Shown here: one piece after another, positions 26,061 to 39,566 of the stretch
How positions within the stretch are numbered: the first letter of the stretch is position 1
Layout: every line of letters starts with the position of its first letter
Assembly: GCA_051362555.1 (NCBI GenBank)
Contig: CM120649.1
Location: 11,718,001 to 11,782,000 of the forward strand
Direction of reading: 5' to 3'
Length of the DNA: 64,000 nucleotides
Origin: Lingula anatina
Lineage: Eukaryota > Animalia > Brachiopoda
Program-made: the position numbers and the translations under genes
The notes under the pieces: generated by a model
Told to the model about the DNA's origin: nothing
The model's input: only the letters and a program-made list of their open reading frames with translations
Databases searched by the model: none

Positions 26061-27511
26061 AAATTTGTAAGCTTATAACACCGTGCTATAAAGATCTACT
26101 CAAGAAAAAAATTTGCTTGGGTAAAGTACGGAATGAACTGGAGACACTTGGCTTGTCATTAAGTTTACACGAAAATATGTCAGGTAACTTTATACTGTCT
26201 TTGAAAGAGTAAAGATTGAAAGATAATTTTAGCCAAACTTTGACGGGGGAAATACCTACAAAGAGTCATGGGCTATTTTGCCAACATCTTGTTGAAAATT
26301 TTACACTGCAATTCTATTCAAATAAGCTAAGGAACTAATTGCCAAATTAATACTCTCATCACATAACAGGGGGGTAACCAGACCTGCAAAAATTGTACGC
26401 ACATATTTAAAAAGATAACAAGCACATACAGCAAAATGTAGACTTACGCAAAACATGAAGGACAGCGTAATCACAGCAAATGTACCTCATATAGTAGCTT
26501 AATTTCCATTAATAATAAAATCATCATTTAAGTCAAAAATATTCTTGCGATTTAATAACTATTTTAATTTACCCAGAACGGTATATCTATTTTAAAGGCG
26601 GTTAACTGAAATATAGTTTTATGATTTGTTTGTGAAAATTGCCCATGTCACCCTGTTAGTTTGGAGGTCTAAGCTGGATCAAGTCCGTGTTAAAATTCCT
26701 ATGAAGTTGTGCAGGAAAAATTCTTCCTTTCTTTCTCTAGCTCCTCGATAAACCTGGTGTTCAGATTTTATCTAGTACCCCCAGGTCTACGGGAGCTGCG
26801 CTTTGTAACTAACGCACAGGTAGATTTTTACCTGAGATAACTGGAGTAAAGCTTAGATAGAGAGTGCGTTCGATACAAGCAAGACAAATTGAATGCCATT
26901 TAACCCTCTAATTAAGAGGTAAAGGAAGTTCCAGGTAGATGGATGATTAAGATAGGACTTGTAAAGGTAACGGGCATTGTTTACCTCAGTTTAATAAAAG
27001 TATGCAAGACGGAGTGTCAGCGGTTTAATAAAATAAATTGAATTTCACAAATAACATGGACCTCATATGCAATAATCAACATTTCCCTTAACTCATTCAA
27101 ATGCAGAGTTTTATACAACTTGGGATAACCATAATGAAATGCTTGTTAAAGAAATGACTAGACGGGAAATGGTTTTACACAGCTTCACGAGGATTTAGAC
27201 CCCTCGGGTAAGAGATTTGAATGAGTATAAACTTTTATCAGAAGCCAGAGAAGTCATCTTACAGGTAGACAATGCAGCTCAGTTTGACAGCTAAGCACGC
27301 TCTGTTCTCCAGTGGCTCGATTGTCGTCATTGGACCACGTGACCACGTAGCTCATTAACTCCCAGGCCGAGCAAATAGGACGTTTTTTAAAGCCAAAAAT
27401 TTACAAAATGATCTTTTAATTTGTGTATTTGGATAAAGATATCGTTAGTTGGGCATGTTTTCTGAAGAATATGTTCCGTTCAGGCCATTTTGACGGCATG
27501 AAGCAAACCCT
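25033..27511. mobile_element. Old non-autonomous Kolobok-type DNA transposon (about 2.5 kb)
   Basis: TTAA on both sides (25029-25032, 27512-27515) and termini AGG...CCT. Inverted subterminal blocks: ggtcacgtggt..tgacgacaatc (25215-25240) versus gattgtcgtca..accacgtgacc (27319-27344), and caactgagctgcat (25262-25275) versus atgcagctcagtttg (27272-27286). TTAA TSD with RR..YY ends fits Kolobok. No intact ORF. Confidence 0.65.
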
Positions 27512-28437
27512 TTAAGGAAGCGGTCTAAGGAGACGGTATGGGAATGCGCCCATTTTGATATTGGCATGCTTTGATTGTAATTACATTTGTATTTCATACA
27601 AGAGAACAATTCAATTCTTATGTTCGCTTGTATATTACTTTCAAATTGACTGTTTTGTTTGACCAAAATAGGTACTGTAACACAAAGATTGGGTTTTGAT
27701 TATTGTAATTAATGCACTAAGCTCGAGACAAGTGGTGTACATGTCTGCTGCCTCGGTGACCGTGCATAAGTGCCACGGAGGATCTAAATGCAGGATGCAC
27801 ATCAGGGACAGGGTGCACATCGAATTCATGCCCTCCCTTGAATTTCGTAGCCATCCCGTTCTTCTCTCTCCCTTCTTCCTTACTCCTGCCTTCCCCCCTA
27901 AAAACAATATAACGGGGGGGGGGGGAGGCACGATATAAAGGCAAGGGAATTTCCAACCCTGTGCTCTATATAATGGAAAATCCCTCGGGTACTGTTTTAT
28001 ATTTTTCTCGCTTCCCCCTGGCAAAATGTGCTATACTTCTCGGTCGCCCTTTTCCCTTATCGAAACCCTGTATCCGGCATTGTCTTTCTATATAGGCAAT
28101 TTTTTATGGGGCAGGGCATGGGAGGATTGGACCTCAGCTCTCCAAACCCCTGTAATAATCGGGACTGTCGGTTAAGAACAAAGTCGTTGACATTAGTCTG
28201 CAGACAGCAGTTTCCCTGCTTTGGGCTGACTACTTTTTTGCACAAAGGCGCCGCCATAAGGTCACCTGGGTGTCACAGCCTCGCTTAATTAACAATCTGC
28301 GTTCATCTTCCACTCATTTAAGTGTCATTATATTGCTAATTGTCTGGTTTAATTTCAATAAACAAAGGGCATTGGGTTTGTCACTTGAAGATGTGTAGAT
28401 TCACAGCAGGACTGACTTTAACTGGTCGTGTACTAAA

Positions 28438-28786
28438 TGACGTCACTGGAAGAATAGATACGACGGAAATCCGGGGGCGGATCCAGAGATATATTCTGAC
28501 AGTCTTCCATATTATATTTGTTGTTCCATCCTCCATTTTTGGCCGTCTTCCGCCAGAAAAAAATAGATAGCCGTCAATGTAAACTTAAAAATCTGACCGT
28601 CTTCCGGAAAACACAGAAGACGGCCTAAATCCGCCCCTGGATTCAATGCCTAGGTGCGCCTAGGGCTTTTTAAACCGCGTTTTGTGTTATGTGGTCGTTT
28701 GCTGTAGTCAGAAAACTTCACCGGTTTGGTGACGCCAGATAGCTGCTGTCTAGTGACGTCATCTTCTCCCTGTCTAGTGACGTCAT
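28438..28786. promoter_or_regulatory. Cluster of CRE (TGACGTCA) sites
   Basis: Perfect palindromes at 28438-28445, 28754-28761 and 28778-28785, plus TGACGCCA at 28730-28737. Confidence 0.4.
28472..28639. mobile_element. MITE with cgggggcggat / atccgcccctg TIRs
   Basis: TIRs visible; internal (g/c)cgtcttcc repeats and an inverted gaagacggcc. Confidence 0.7.
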
Positions 28787-29028
28787 TTAAGTATTTATTT
28801 GGTTTCACATGGGGGAGTTTGCTGCTGTTTGTTATTTCGATTTGTTTTTTTTAGTTCTCAAATGCAGGCCGATTTGGCAGCAAAGCAGTATTAAGGGGAG
28901 GAAGCATGTTGGAATAAATCGCTAGCAATAGATGTATTTCAGAGCAATTTCCGTGTTGCCGTATTCAGTTATTACTTATTTATAAACTTTAGACTGTGGG
29001 AAGTGCAAGCGCAGCGCTAATTAATGTT

Positions 29029-29032
<4 letters not shown>

Positions 29033-29118
<86 letters not shown>
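29033..29118. repeat. (CT)n(GT)n microsatellite
   Basis: Directly visible. Confidence 0.95.
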
Positions 29119-29908
29119 TTAAATGACAGTCTTCGCCTGTGCTATCTCGTCTATCTTTTAAACTTTGGACTGCATAGAAAATAACTTATCGTGGAGAAAA
29201 ACCGCACCAAACTAGTTTAGTTGTTGAGTATCATTGCATGAAGGATTTGTAATCTAAATCCAGGGCTGTAGCTATATCAGTAGTATTAAAACTTCCCGTC
29301 CATCACTTGATCTAGGCAAGCTTAGCTCACATTGTCACATAAACCAACAATTTTTCCACTTAATATGTGATTTATGAGAGGATATATGGTGCTTCGGTCC
29401 TCTTTATTATCTGAATTATTGGATTATTAGGGATGCTAGTGCTTTGGATAAGGGTAAGTTTTGTCTGATTTCTAGGTCATAGTTTTGTTACCTTGCGCGT
29501 TTAAAGATAACACAATTTGCATTTTTTTTTTTTTTTTTGGTACATGTAACAGTGGCGTTCAAAAAAGCTACTAGGTTTACGTTTATATATATAGGTGATG
29601 GTTAATATATTTGATTGATTACTTTTAAATACGCACACGCACGCACACATACACGCACGCACGCCCACGCATGCGCATACAAGTAGATACAGACGCACAC
29701 ACACACGTGCCCACGCACAAACGCACTCCATCAATAAAGCGATGCGCGGTCGCAACCATACAAAAATAACTCCCGTGACAGCTGAATAAAATGTTTAATA
29801 AAACCAACATAATTAATTCCTATTGGAGGTAGAATATTACCTGACTGCCCGTATTTTAAGGGATATTTAAGGCAAGCATTTGTCAACGAGGTGAAAATGT
29901 TTGTGTTG

Positions 29909-30877
29909 CACGGAAATATTTTTTCATGCTGCCAACAATGCCGTTTTGTTCTTGTTTGCACGAATGGCTTCGTTTCGTAAGATGGATAAGTTAAGGAGGT
30001 TGAGGAACAGAAATTAGGCTAGAGTGGTGACGGACAGATATTTGTGTCTTGCATTAGCCGACAGAGCACATCTGTGAATATGGAGTGGAAAATAATAATG
30101 TGACTGTGAGAACACTGATATTGTTTTAAATGTCCGAGAATCTCTGCATTATTGACAAGCCGTACAAGCTTTAAGATTTCGAGATGATTGATGTTTTGAA
30201 GACCTCGAGTTTTTTATTGACTGAATAGGCTATGTAGATCTTATCGAATTTAGAAAAAAAAAAGAATAAAGGTAAAAACATTTCAACGTCACATTCACAG
30301 CAGGGGGTACATGAAGCTTCACTAGTGTTGCTATGGCTTGTTTTTCTGTCACTTGCTTTTTTTATACCGCAGGGCTTCTTTATCAGTGCCAATTTCAGGA
30401 CAAAAATTCTTCAGGTGTGAAGTGTTGGGGTTAAGCATATGTTTTCAGGTTGCATTCTTTGAAGCTATTTTTTTTTTCAGTTTAGGCCATGTCATTGTCA
30501 CTATAGGGTCATTATGCATTGTTCGAAAAGTATCGGGAATTGCGGCTTACCATAATGCTATTGCAATTTGCACCTTATTCCGTATTCATGACAAGCTTGT
30601 TCTATTGTTCGTACGATTTCTGGGTGTCAAAATAATTTTTACCACCATGAGATTTTGATATTGGTGTACGGCAGTTGACGTAAATGCACGTGCAGTTGCT
30701 CGTGATAGGCGTTGGTTTGTGCATATTTGAGCATTTAGGTTTAACATATAACCAAAATGAGAAATCATATTCTGCAGCTATTTACTTAGATATCGACCCA
30801 TATTATGCATGATGTACTTCAAAAGATCAATCGTGGTAAAAAACAAAGACGGCATTGTTGCTCAAACATTTTCCGTG
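29909..30877. mobile_element. Decayed DNA transposon relic with degenerate inverted arms
   Basis: cacggaaatattt..caacaatgccgttttgttcttgtttgcacga (29909-29963) is inverted relative to tcgtggtaaaaaacaaagacggcattgttg..aaacattttccgtg (30831-30877). True ends not resolved. Confidence 0.5.
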
Positions 30878-32042
30878 AATCGCCCGCGGAGCGTATCTTT
30901 TCAAATATTTTTTTCATAATTATCTAGCGGCACACCTGAGTTCGACGCGTAGGTTGTACATGTTGTAGCTCTAGGCGTTACCTATGGATTTTTAGGTTAG
31001 ATATTACAGGTACATGACATTACTTTACCACAAAGAAAGCGAATAAACGACGGGGAATTTGATTATTTTTCTGAAATGCTATGCGCACTGCACCTTTGCT
31101 GTTGATTCGAAACACTTTTCATCGCTGTCGATTGTCAATAACACCTTGATAGTTTATTTTTGTTTATGTTTCTCCGTCACAAGAGGAAAAAATCACATTC
31201 TGCAATTTTATTTTAACACACCACTCGCTTTTTGACGTCAAGCGCATCAACTGTGTCAGTGTTTATGCTTTTATCTTTCATCTTTCACTTGTTCGGTCCA
31301 AATTATAGGATATCTGCCGTCATGCTTCGATGCTCATATTAAATGTTTACTACCTTTTCTTTTCGTATGTTTTTTATTCTTGACCTTGAGATGGTAAAGG
31401 TGAGTTTGGTGGATGCATTGCTTTAGGGAATTCACCGACCGCGTTATCGAACGCTGTGGGCAAAGCTACGCATTGCCGCATGTACGCAGAGCTGGTACTA
31501 AAAAGGAGACTGTTTATATGTCAAAAAGTACGTAAAGAAAACATTAGTATCGTGGAACTCTTGACTGCTAGCGATATGTGTAATACAACTAGGCTATAAG
31601 TCTTCGTCACACTATCAAATGTATATGTAAAATTTGACGTTTGGCGCGATGGAAGTCCCTCGCTTTTCTTAGATTGGATATTTACCGGTGCATGTCCTTG
31701 TATGGATATTTCCCAGTGTTGGCAAATTTTCGTCAATGACAATGGAGTAATTGCTTCAGGAAAATCGTCAGAAGAAAACGCCGAAGAAATTGCTTGAAGC
31801 ACAGGTAAAGGAACACAATATTTTTCACAATAACCTCGTATTATCAACTAGTGCAGTTTCTTGATTTTCGTGTTATTTTCTAATATTCCGGCAACGTGGC
31901 CTGGTATAAAACAAAGTGTTTTGAAATATGATGAATAACATTAAAGAGATAGAAAGTTCGTGACGTTTTCGCCTATCAGTGATATGTTGTGTACACGGGG
32001 TGGAATGTTTTGGGTCGGAGGACACATGATAAAATGCTAGAA

Positions 32043-32285
32043 TGACTCAGGAAGGGGGCATCGTAAACTCAGTGCGCATGCGTGGCCAATTCTCACCAGT
32101 TAAGTGTGGGTAGTCTCTTCAAACTTCTACAGTCTGTAGGCCTGAGTATAGGATTTTTGAGCTAAGAGAACGAGGAAGTGTATGGATTTGAACTGCTGTC
32201 ACAGTAACCTGGTGATAGTTCTTGGAAGGGGATTGGAAGTTTTAAATGGAAGTCGTTCAAGAGATTACAGCAACACCAGGTACAG
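32043..32285 (+). promoter_or_regulatory. Candidate promoter and non-coding first exon
   Basis: AP-1 TGACTCA 32043-32049, NRF1-like TGCGCATGCG 32073-32082, CCAAT 32086-32090, then donor CAG|GTACAG at 32279/32280. Confidence 0.4.
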
Positions 32286-32860
32286 TACGGTATAGCCTAC
32301 TACTAATACACTATACTCGTACTTCTTTTAGTTGCTAACCCTTCAGTTGTTCGTTTTTGATTTAAAATATCAATTTTTCTGTCGTTCCGTTTTCTTAATC
32401 AGTGAACGTGATATTGGTAAGCGTATTTTTTGTTAATTAATTTATTTATTTATTCAATTAGTTTTTGTTTGTTTGCTTTTGCTTTTGAGATAATGATCAT
32501 GTTTAAAATGATCACGGCCAAGTAAACCTAGTTTAGCAATCTAGTCAGATAATGTTACTCTGGTTTCTGGCACCAGTCCTGCGATTCACCTGCATCTTGG
32601 GGCCAAAAGGTGACACTTGATTGATAACACACGTAACAACACGTGGTTCGTTTGTCAAATATGACAAGGCAAGTTCCGGAAACAGCGACATTATGAGTGA
32701 TGTGTGTTACAGAATACGTTTGTCACTCTGTGTTGTAGATTGTCAAAAGTGGGAGTTTAAGTGAATGTCAAACTGTAATTTAAGTCATTGCTTCTACTGG
32801 TACATTGCGTATGCCCGCCCCCTCCCTCCCCAAGCCTGTGCGCAGCTAATAATGATAATA

Positions 32861-32886
32861 CTCTCTCTCTCTCTCTCCCTCTCTCT

Positions 32887-32930
<44 letters not shown>

Positions 32931-32963
32931 TATAGACAAACACACACACACACACATACTGAT

Positions 32964-32995
<32 letters not shown>
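32861..32995. repeat. (CT)n/(CA)n compound microsatellite
   Basis: Directly visible. Confidence 0.95.
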
Positions 32996-33767
32996 TGGCC
33001 TTCTGTTATTGACAACATTCTCTCATCCCTGACCTCGTTTCGCCTCCGTCACATTACCTTCGACCCTCAGATGTGGTTGCCGCAGATGCACTTGTAAGGT
33101 CGCATTATAGACGGGCGATAAATTATACTGCAATGCGTTTTCTTCTACGGAATACCATGAAGCCTCATAATGTCTTTACTGTTGGATGGATTCCGAAGTA
33201 GGAATTCATCCAGTAGTGTGGCCTCCACCATTGCCATCCAAAAATGTATTTTTCAGTTGTGTACTGAAGATATTCGCATTTTACTAAAATAAAACATTCC
33301 ATTGTCATCACATATATAATTTTTCATTTCTTTTAAACCAGTAAGTGTGCAGACATAGGTCTTGTACGAATAGTCCAAAGATGATGATTCTATTTAATCT
33401 TAGGTATATTGCATAGCTAGTATACTATCGGGGTTTATAGCAGTTACTTGATTGTTGCGTGCCAACATTTCCCAAAGGTAATTTCTGTTTGTAATTGCCC
33501 TTTTCTTCATTGGGTCTATGAAATTAATTTCATCATTAAGTGTTTGCCATTTTGCCCCGAGCATACGAGACGTTTACTTCTCTAAAATGTTTTTCTCAAA
33601 GTGCGCATGGGTTCTTATGATTTTTATTGGATTCTTTTTTGGTATTTGACCATATTCGGCCTTGAACAACATATGTTCCTGATGACCAATGCATTTCAAT
33701 AAAATTGCAAGTTGTTGTCATGCCGGGATCTGAGTGAAATATATCAGTGTTTAGACGCACACAGAGA

Positions 33768-33779
33768 CACACGCACACG

Positions 33780-33830
<51 letters not shown>
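33768..33830. repeat. (CA)n microsatellite
   Basis: Directly visible. Confidence 0.95.
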
Positions 33831-33833
<3 letters not shown>

Positions 33834-36760
33834 TGTGTCCAGATTTTTGCCAACGGGTTTAGGGTGGGTGGGGGTGTGGGGGATCGGGGTACAAGGATAA
33901 AAACTGTATGGCTCTGTCTCGCTTTTCTCGTTATTTTAATTTTATTTCATTTATTAGTGTCACAGCGAAAATATTTCTCTAGCTATTGACTTCATATGCC
34001 TATTTAAAAATCCACTTTAGGTTGTACTCAATTGTCTAGATCAGAAATGTAGGACTCATGCATACTGTCTTTTCGCTCTAAATCGTATTTGGTGTTCTCA
34101 CTTTGTTATGATATCATCGATTTCAGTTCCAGCACGATAAACTCCGTTGTTTGGAACCCCATGGTATTACATATCTGACCATAACGATGGGCTCCATGTT
34201 ATATTAATCCATCAATATATTAAGCCAGTCGTCAAACTCAAATAAATGCGCGTATGCTGTGTTACAAGAAAGAAAAACGGATCTTTTGTCGTATTTATCT
34301 TGATACATGTAAGTATTTTACTCCTTTTTGCGGTGCTTCTTCGAGGTTAAAGACAGTATCAACCAATATAAAATCGCCCAAAAAATTGATTTTAACTTTA
34401 AGACCGAAGATATAGCCTACTTAGAGCCTATTCAAATCAGTAGCATGCCAATACATTTTAATAATGCCCCTGAAAAGTATTGGTGATGACTCAGACCAAT
34501 ACTTATTTTATTTATGCAACTACTATGGGTTTATCTTGTCGAATCGACATGATTTTATTGTCAATGTTTAGGCCAATTTATGGGCTAAAGTACTTTTACG
34601 AAGCAGGCCTCTGTATCCAAGGTGAAATGTTATGAGACGGTACATCTCATTTTGCCTAGGGAGAGAATACAAGGTCGATCACGCCGCATATTAATGCTCT
34701 TCCGTTTTTTGGCCTCCTCTCAGTTAAAAGTACTTTTTCGCTCTGTGAAGCGTCATGTTGATACGCCTGTCTGTTTGAATGATGTTGGCTTTATTCCATT
34801 AACAAAATGACCAAAGTTGCCGCCGTGCATTAATGTGACATTGTCTCCTCTGTCTTACGTTGTTAAGTGTCCCTTTGTCATTATCAATGCCAACCAATGT
34901 CTGTATGCTAGTTAATATATGACACTGATGCCGACACCGATTCTGTTGTAATTCTCCATAGTTATTTGACACTATTTGATCCCAATGGTAGCTCAAAAGT
35001 TACGATTGATTGTTTTTTTTTCTCTTTTCAAACACATATCTTTAAATTGTTAAGTTTGCTGGTAATTTAGTCCATATGAAACAGATTATCTCCAATTAGA
35101 TTTCTAGCACTAACAAATAAAATAACTTCAGATTTCTTTTGTAATTAATTGCCTGTATAATTTAGGTTCATTTTGTTTTAAAACAATTGATCATTTCGCG
35201 ACAGGAATTAAGTAATTATTCATATGTTTGTAATGATTTCCACCAAAATTTTCAAAAGCGATGAGGGACAATTAAATGTCTGTAAATAGACGGAAACTAA
35301 TATATATATATATATATATCTGGATACGCCATGGGGAGGATAGCACAGGTCCATATGTACCTATTTAGGCAAGATTATAATGACAATTAGGATACCGTAG
35401 ACACATTAATGCATGTCTTTGATGTAACAGGTATGCCTGGAACACCCGTCTTCACTTTTATCTGGTCTAAATGACCATAAACCCGATATGGTTCATTCTC
35501 AGTTGTCCATATATTAGACGGTACTTCAGTAATATGAGATGTTTAAGGTGGATTTGAAGTCATTTTTTTCTGCCACAAAAGCTGTCCAAACGCCCTGTTT
35601 AGTTTCAAATAGTGTAACTTGGGGGAAATGCCAAATGATATCGTTGCATAATAGCCGAAAATGATATTTGAAGGGGTATTTTCTGCTTACTCTCTGTGCT
35701 GTATATAATCGAGGCAGATAAGTAGGTCTGATAAATAAGTCAATTTACTACCAAAACTTTGAAGAAGGTGCAATTTTAAAGGTCTTTTTGGGGCCGATCG
35801 AGTGATTGATTTGGTTTGTCCCTTGGCATGTTGACTTTGTTTGAGTCGTATAAGAAACTAATAGAAGTGGTTTAAAATGCGTTACTGGGAATTCACGCTC
35901 GATATATCTTTAAGCTTGCCAGTTATTTGCTATTCCCTTTTTTTTTAAGAGTCAGTCAGTCAATATTTCATTAGCTATTGTAGAGTTTCGCCGGAGAAGG
36001 ACTGGAAAACAAAATTTATCAAATTGACGAATTGACTAATAAGGATATCTGCGGTAATCGATAAAAACGAAAACATACTTTGGTTGGAGCATTATACCTT
36101 GTTTTTTAACCTAAATTTAGATATCGTGATTTAAATAAACAAAGGGGTGATTTAGTGAACAACGAGGGAGATTTTCTTAGACGTAAACAGCTCATTTAAA
36201 ATGTGACGTTAAACATAGATACAAACCTTAACCGATAATCGGGTTTATTAGTATAGCTGATAATAACATATAATTTGCCAGCTGATTCTGCCACGACATT
36301 GCTCATACGGTGTAATTTATCCTTATAATAACTTGTTTCTTAGCATTTATTTACCACTTTGTTCCAAATATAGGCCCATCCCGTGCATCATCTTATTACT
36401 TCAATCTGTCATGAAATACTTTGGCAGAATGAAATGCTTGTACTATCCGATTACTTTGCACATCGTAGCCTAAGGGTCTAAAGATACTATGTTTGTCAAA
36501 GCAGAGGGTTTCATTATTTATGCTGAAAGTTTCATTAGTTATAGCCAAAATGTTTGAGTGAAGAATAAAGGTAAGATAAGGAGAACATCAGAAACAAAAT
36601 AGAAATGACACGGGACCAGAAGCAACATTTTTATGGCAAAGTCTTAAAAAGGTGGATATTAAAAATGCATCGTTTTTATTTGAAAAATATTTAGTAGTTG
36701 ATTTCAATAAATCTGAAAATCGAGTTTGAAAGAAACTGCGTGGTTGTACATTGTAGGATC

Positions 36761-36787
36761 TTGTTGTTGTTGTTGTTGTTGTTATAG

Positions 36788-36819
<32 letters not shown>

Positions 36820-36845
36820 ATAGTTGTTGTTGTTGTTGTCGTCGT
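36761..36845. repeat. (GTT)n trinucleotide repeat with periodic ATA interruptions
   Basis: Directly visible; source of the poly-Thr ORF 36588-36920. Confidence 0.95.
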
Positions 36846-37628
36846 GTTCGGTCCTAAAACCACACGTGTCATATTTGATCTATCGTTTGCTGTTTTCAGT
36901 ATGTTACACAGGAAATTCATCGAATGATAGACTTTGTGGTCTAATTAACTGATTACTGTTTTGTTTTATGATTTGAAATAAACACAGAGCTAATTAATTA
37001 GCCATGTTGGATAACCAAGCCCATGCGTAAGACGCACACGTCATATTCATATTTGCTCTAATTGTTATCAGGTTATTTGTGAAAGTGGATTGAGTCGGGG
37101 TATTTGCTTCGGATTCCTTTAACTGAAATCAATACTGATTTAAAAAAACACTTTTTGGAACCCTTACCTGCCTGAGAATGCGTCTACTTATTAAAGAAAA
37201 CGATCAAAATGACCCTGATAAAATTGAAATAAGGATTGAAGCTTTCATTAATGATCTCAATTTCGAAACCCGGAATTTTAAACACACGGAATCCTTCACT
37301 TTATCTCCCCTACATCTCCATTCACAAGTGCTACATATCAATTAATCCTGCTGATAAAACAAAGCTCCATAGTTAACGGTATTATTGGTACCAAACACAC
37401 CACAATATTGATATGCGAACGGTGGTCCTAATCGCCCTTTTACATGTTATTTACAATCTGACTTGGGGATTTAGAGCACAATGTTAGGCCATATTTGTTC
37501 CAAACACTACGGGGAATCTTTGTGATGCATACTGAGGACCCAAGATAACAGATTGGCTTGTTTTGGTGCTCATTGCCTTTTCAGGGGACTAAAATTGCCT
37601 ACCGATACGTACGTATACACACTGGGAG

Positions 37629-37671
<43 letters not shown>

Positions 37672-39393
37672 TCCTGGTAATTGGTCTAAACTCTACTTTG
37701 ATCCAAGATGACCCACCGGTCGTCCAGATATATGAAATACTGCTACCGTTTTATAACAAGAAATTTAATATTTCAGACCAAATGCGCAAGTGCGTAGCAA
37801 TAAATATGTCTTGCACTGAAGTGGCCAAGTTTCAGTCGCAACGTTGACATCAACAAATTGCGGATGTTTTTTTTTTAAGCCAATCGGCTACAAGTATGTG
37901 GATGTTGACGCATTTCCTAGTATAGATATGAGATATGCCGTACACTTTGGTGTCGAATAGAAAGTTAATGTCTATTTTCAGAAGTACCTGTAGATTAATG
38001 TGACAAAGTCATGTAAAGTTCAACACAAACTTTCTAGGCCTTTGCATTCATCCTTCCATGTATATTGTGGTCGTCACGAAAAAATCAAAATCAGGCTGGT
38101 AGAAACATTAATCTTTTGCACAAAAGTACAAATACGATAATATAATAGTTTGGGGCCTAGATGTATGTAAACAACAATGATACTGTTTACACAAACCTAA
38201 CCTTATCGGGATATCTGCCCAAAACCAAAAGTGAATTTTGGGCAATAAATAATAAAGGGCTTGTATATGAAACTGTTTGATATAGCAAAATAACAACAAA
38301 AAAAATAACAAGTATTCCTTTACTTAATCGCATTTTGGAATTAGCACTATTCTTAACGTTTGATGAACTTTACGAACAAGCGCCCCATTGGCACTTATAT
38401 TCAATACGTGACATGTATAGGTTTTTAGCTCCAACCTCTTTAAGGTAAACTTTGTTAAACACGTGAAGTATCAATTCTTTGACTCTAGTGTTGGAAGTTG
38501 CGTTTTTATATGTAAACTAAAGCAGATGATGAAAATAGATTATGATTTGGCAACGTGTTATACTTCACCGTGATAAAACGTGATGTATTAAACCTCAAGG
38601 GTGCACTGACTAGTGTAATTCAGTTTCTCTTTGGTATATCTGCACACTTTCCCATCTTGCCTCTGTTATCAGGACTATGTTTTATACGTTTGGTCTGTTC
38701 TGCGAACTTTCATCGGTTTAATTTAGTTATTTTTATTCCATAGATATGTCCATTTTACATAAGTACATTGTAGTTGAGAAGATTTATATTTGTAGATTGA
38801 TATAAACTTATATAAAAATGTTACTTTATTTTTAGTCATACTCAGTTAAGGTCGTTATTGCTTTTTCATTCTGTATTGCAGAGTCCCTGTTTAGCTATTT
38901 AGTCTGAAATGTATGTTTTACTAAAGGGTGGTTTTCAATCTCTGCGAAAGAGTATGTTTTAATGTCACGTAACAACACGATAGCCAGTTAGGCGACTCTT
39001 CTTCACAAGTTGTTTTTTCCACAAACGATATACTTCTTGGCCCGGCTTCACAATTTTCTCTAGCTCCAAACTTTCAAATACTAACGTTGGTCTACTGAAG
39101 TTCTACAAAAAATGTATATAACCCCACTTGAATAAGGTTAAGTTGGTCTGTAGTATTATACTTGTTCTCCTTGTCAAGAAACAAGCGCAGTGTTTCATGT
39201 TTACGACTTCTTCCCATTTATTTTATTAAAGACTGGATCATCAAGTGTTAACCAACTTTAATGTCATGCTGAAGTTCATTTGAGAAACGTATCCCATAAT
39301 AAGGAAGGAAGGAAGCCCCCGTTCTTCGATGTAAATATCCCATCTTCTTTCGATTCAACACAAGACGACACTAGTGTCATCTATCGTCCTTTC

Positions 39394-39566
39394 GGGGCCG
39401 TAGCGATAGTCCGAAGGTTCAATAGTCCGAAGGTTCATTGGTCCGAAAGTTCACTATAGAACCTTCGGACCAATGAACCCTTGATTAAAAAATCGATGAA
39501 AATGTTACCACTTTTCGGACCAATGAACCTTCGGACCAATGAACCTTCGGACTATCGAGACGCCCC
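39394..39566. mobile_element. Mutator/MULE-type MITE (173 bp) with 9-bp TSD and 16-bp subterminal tandem repeats
   Basis: TSD CGTCCTTTC at 39385-39393 and 39567-39575; ends GGGG...CCCC; units gtccgaaggttca(a/t)t(a/g) on the left and their inverse (caatgaaccttcggac) on the right. Confidence 0.88.

Noticed and set aside
30338-30660. Possible transposase remnant (FTPEEFL...DKEALRY on the minus strand)
   Set aside because: Multiple stops and a frameshift needed; no catalytic motif recognisable.
39394-39566. CRISPR-like short repeats
   Set aside because: No spacers, units are inverted and flanked by a 9-bp TSD, eukaryotic context with no cas genes.
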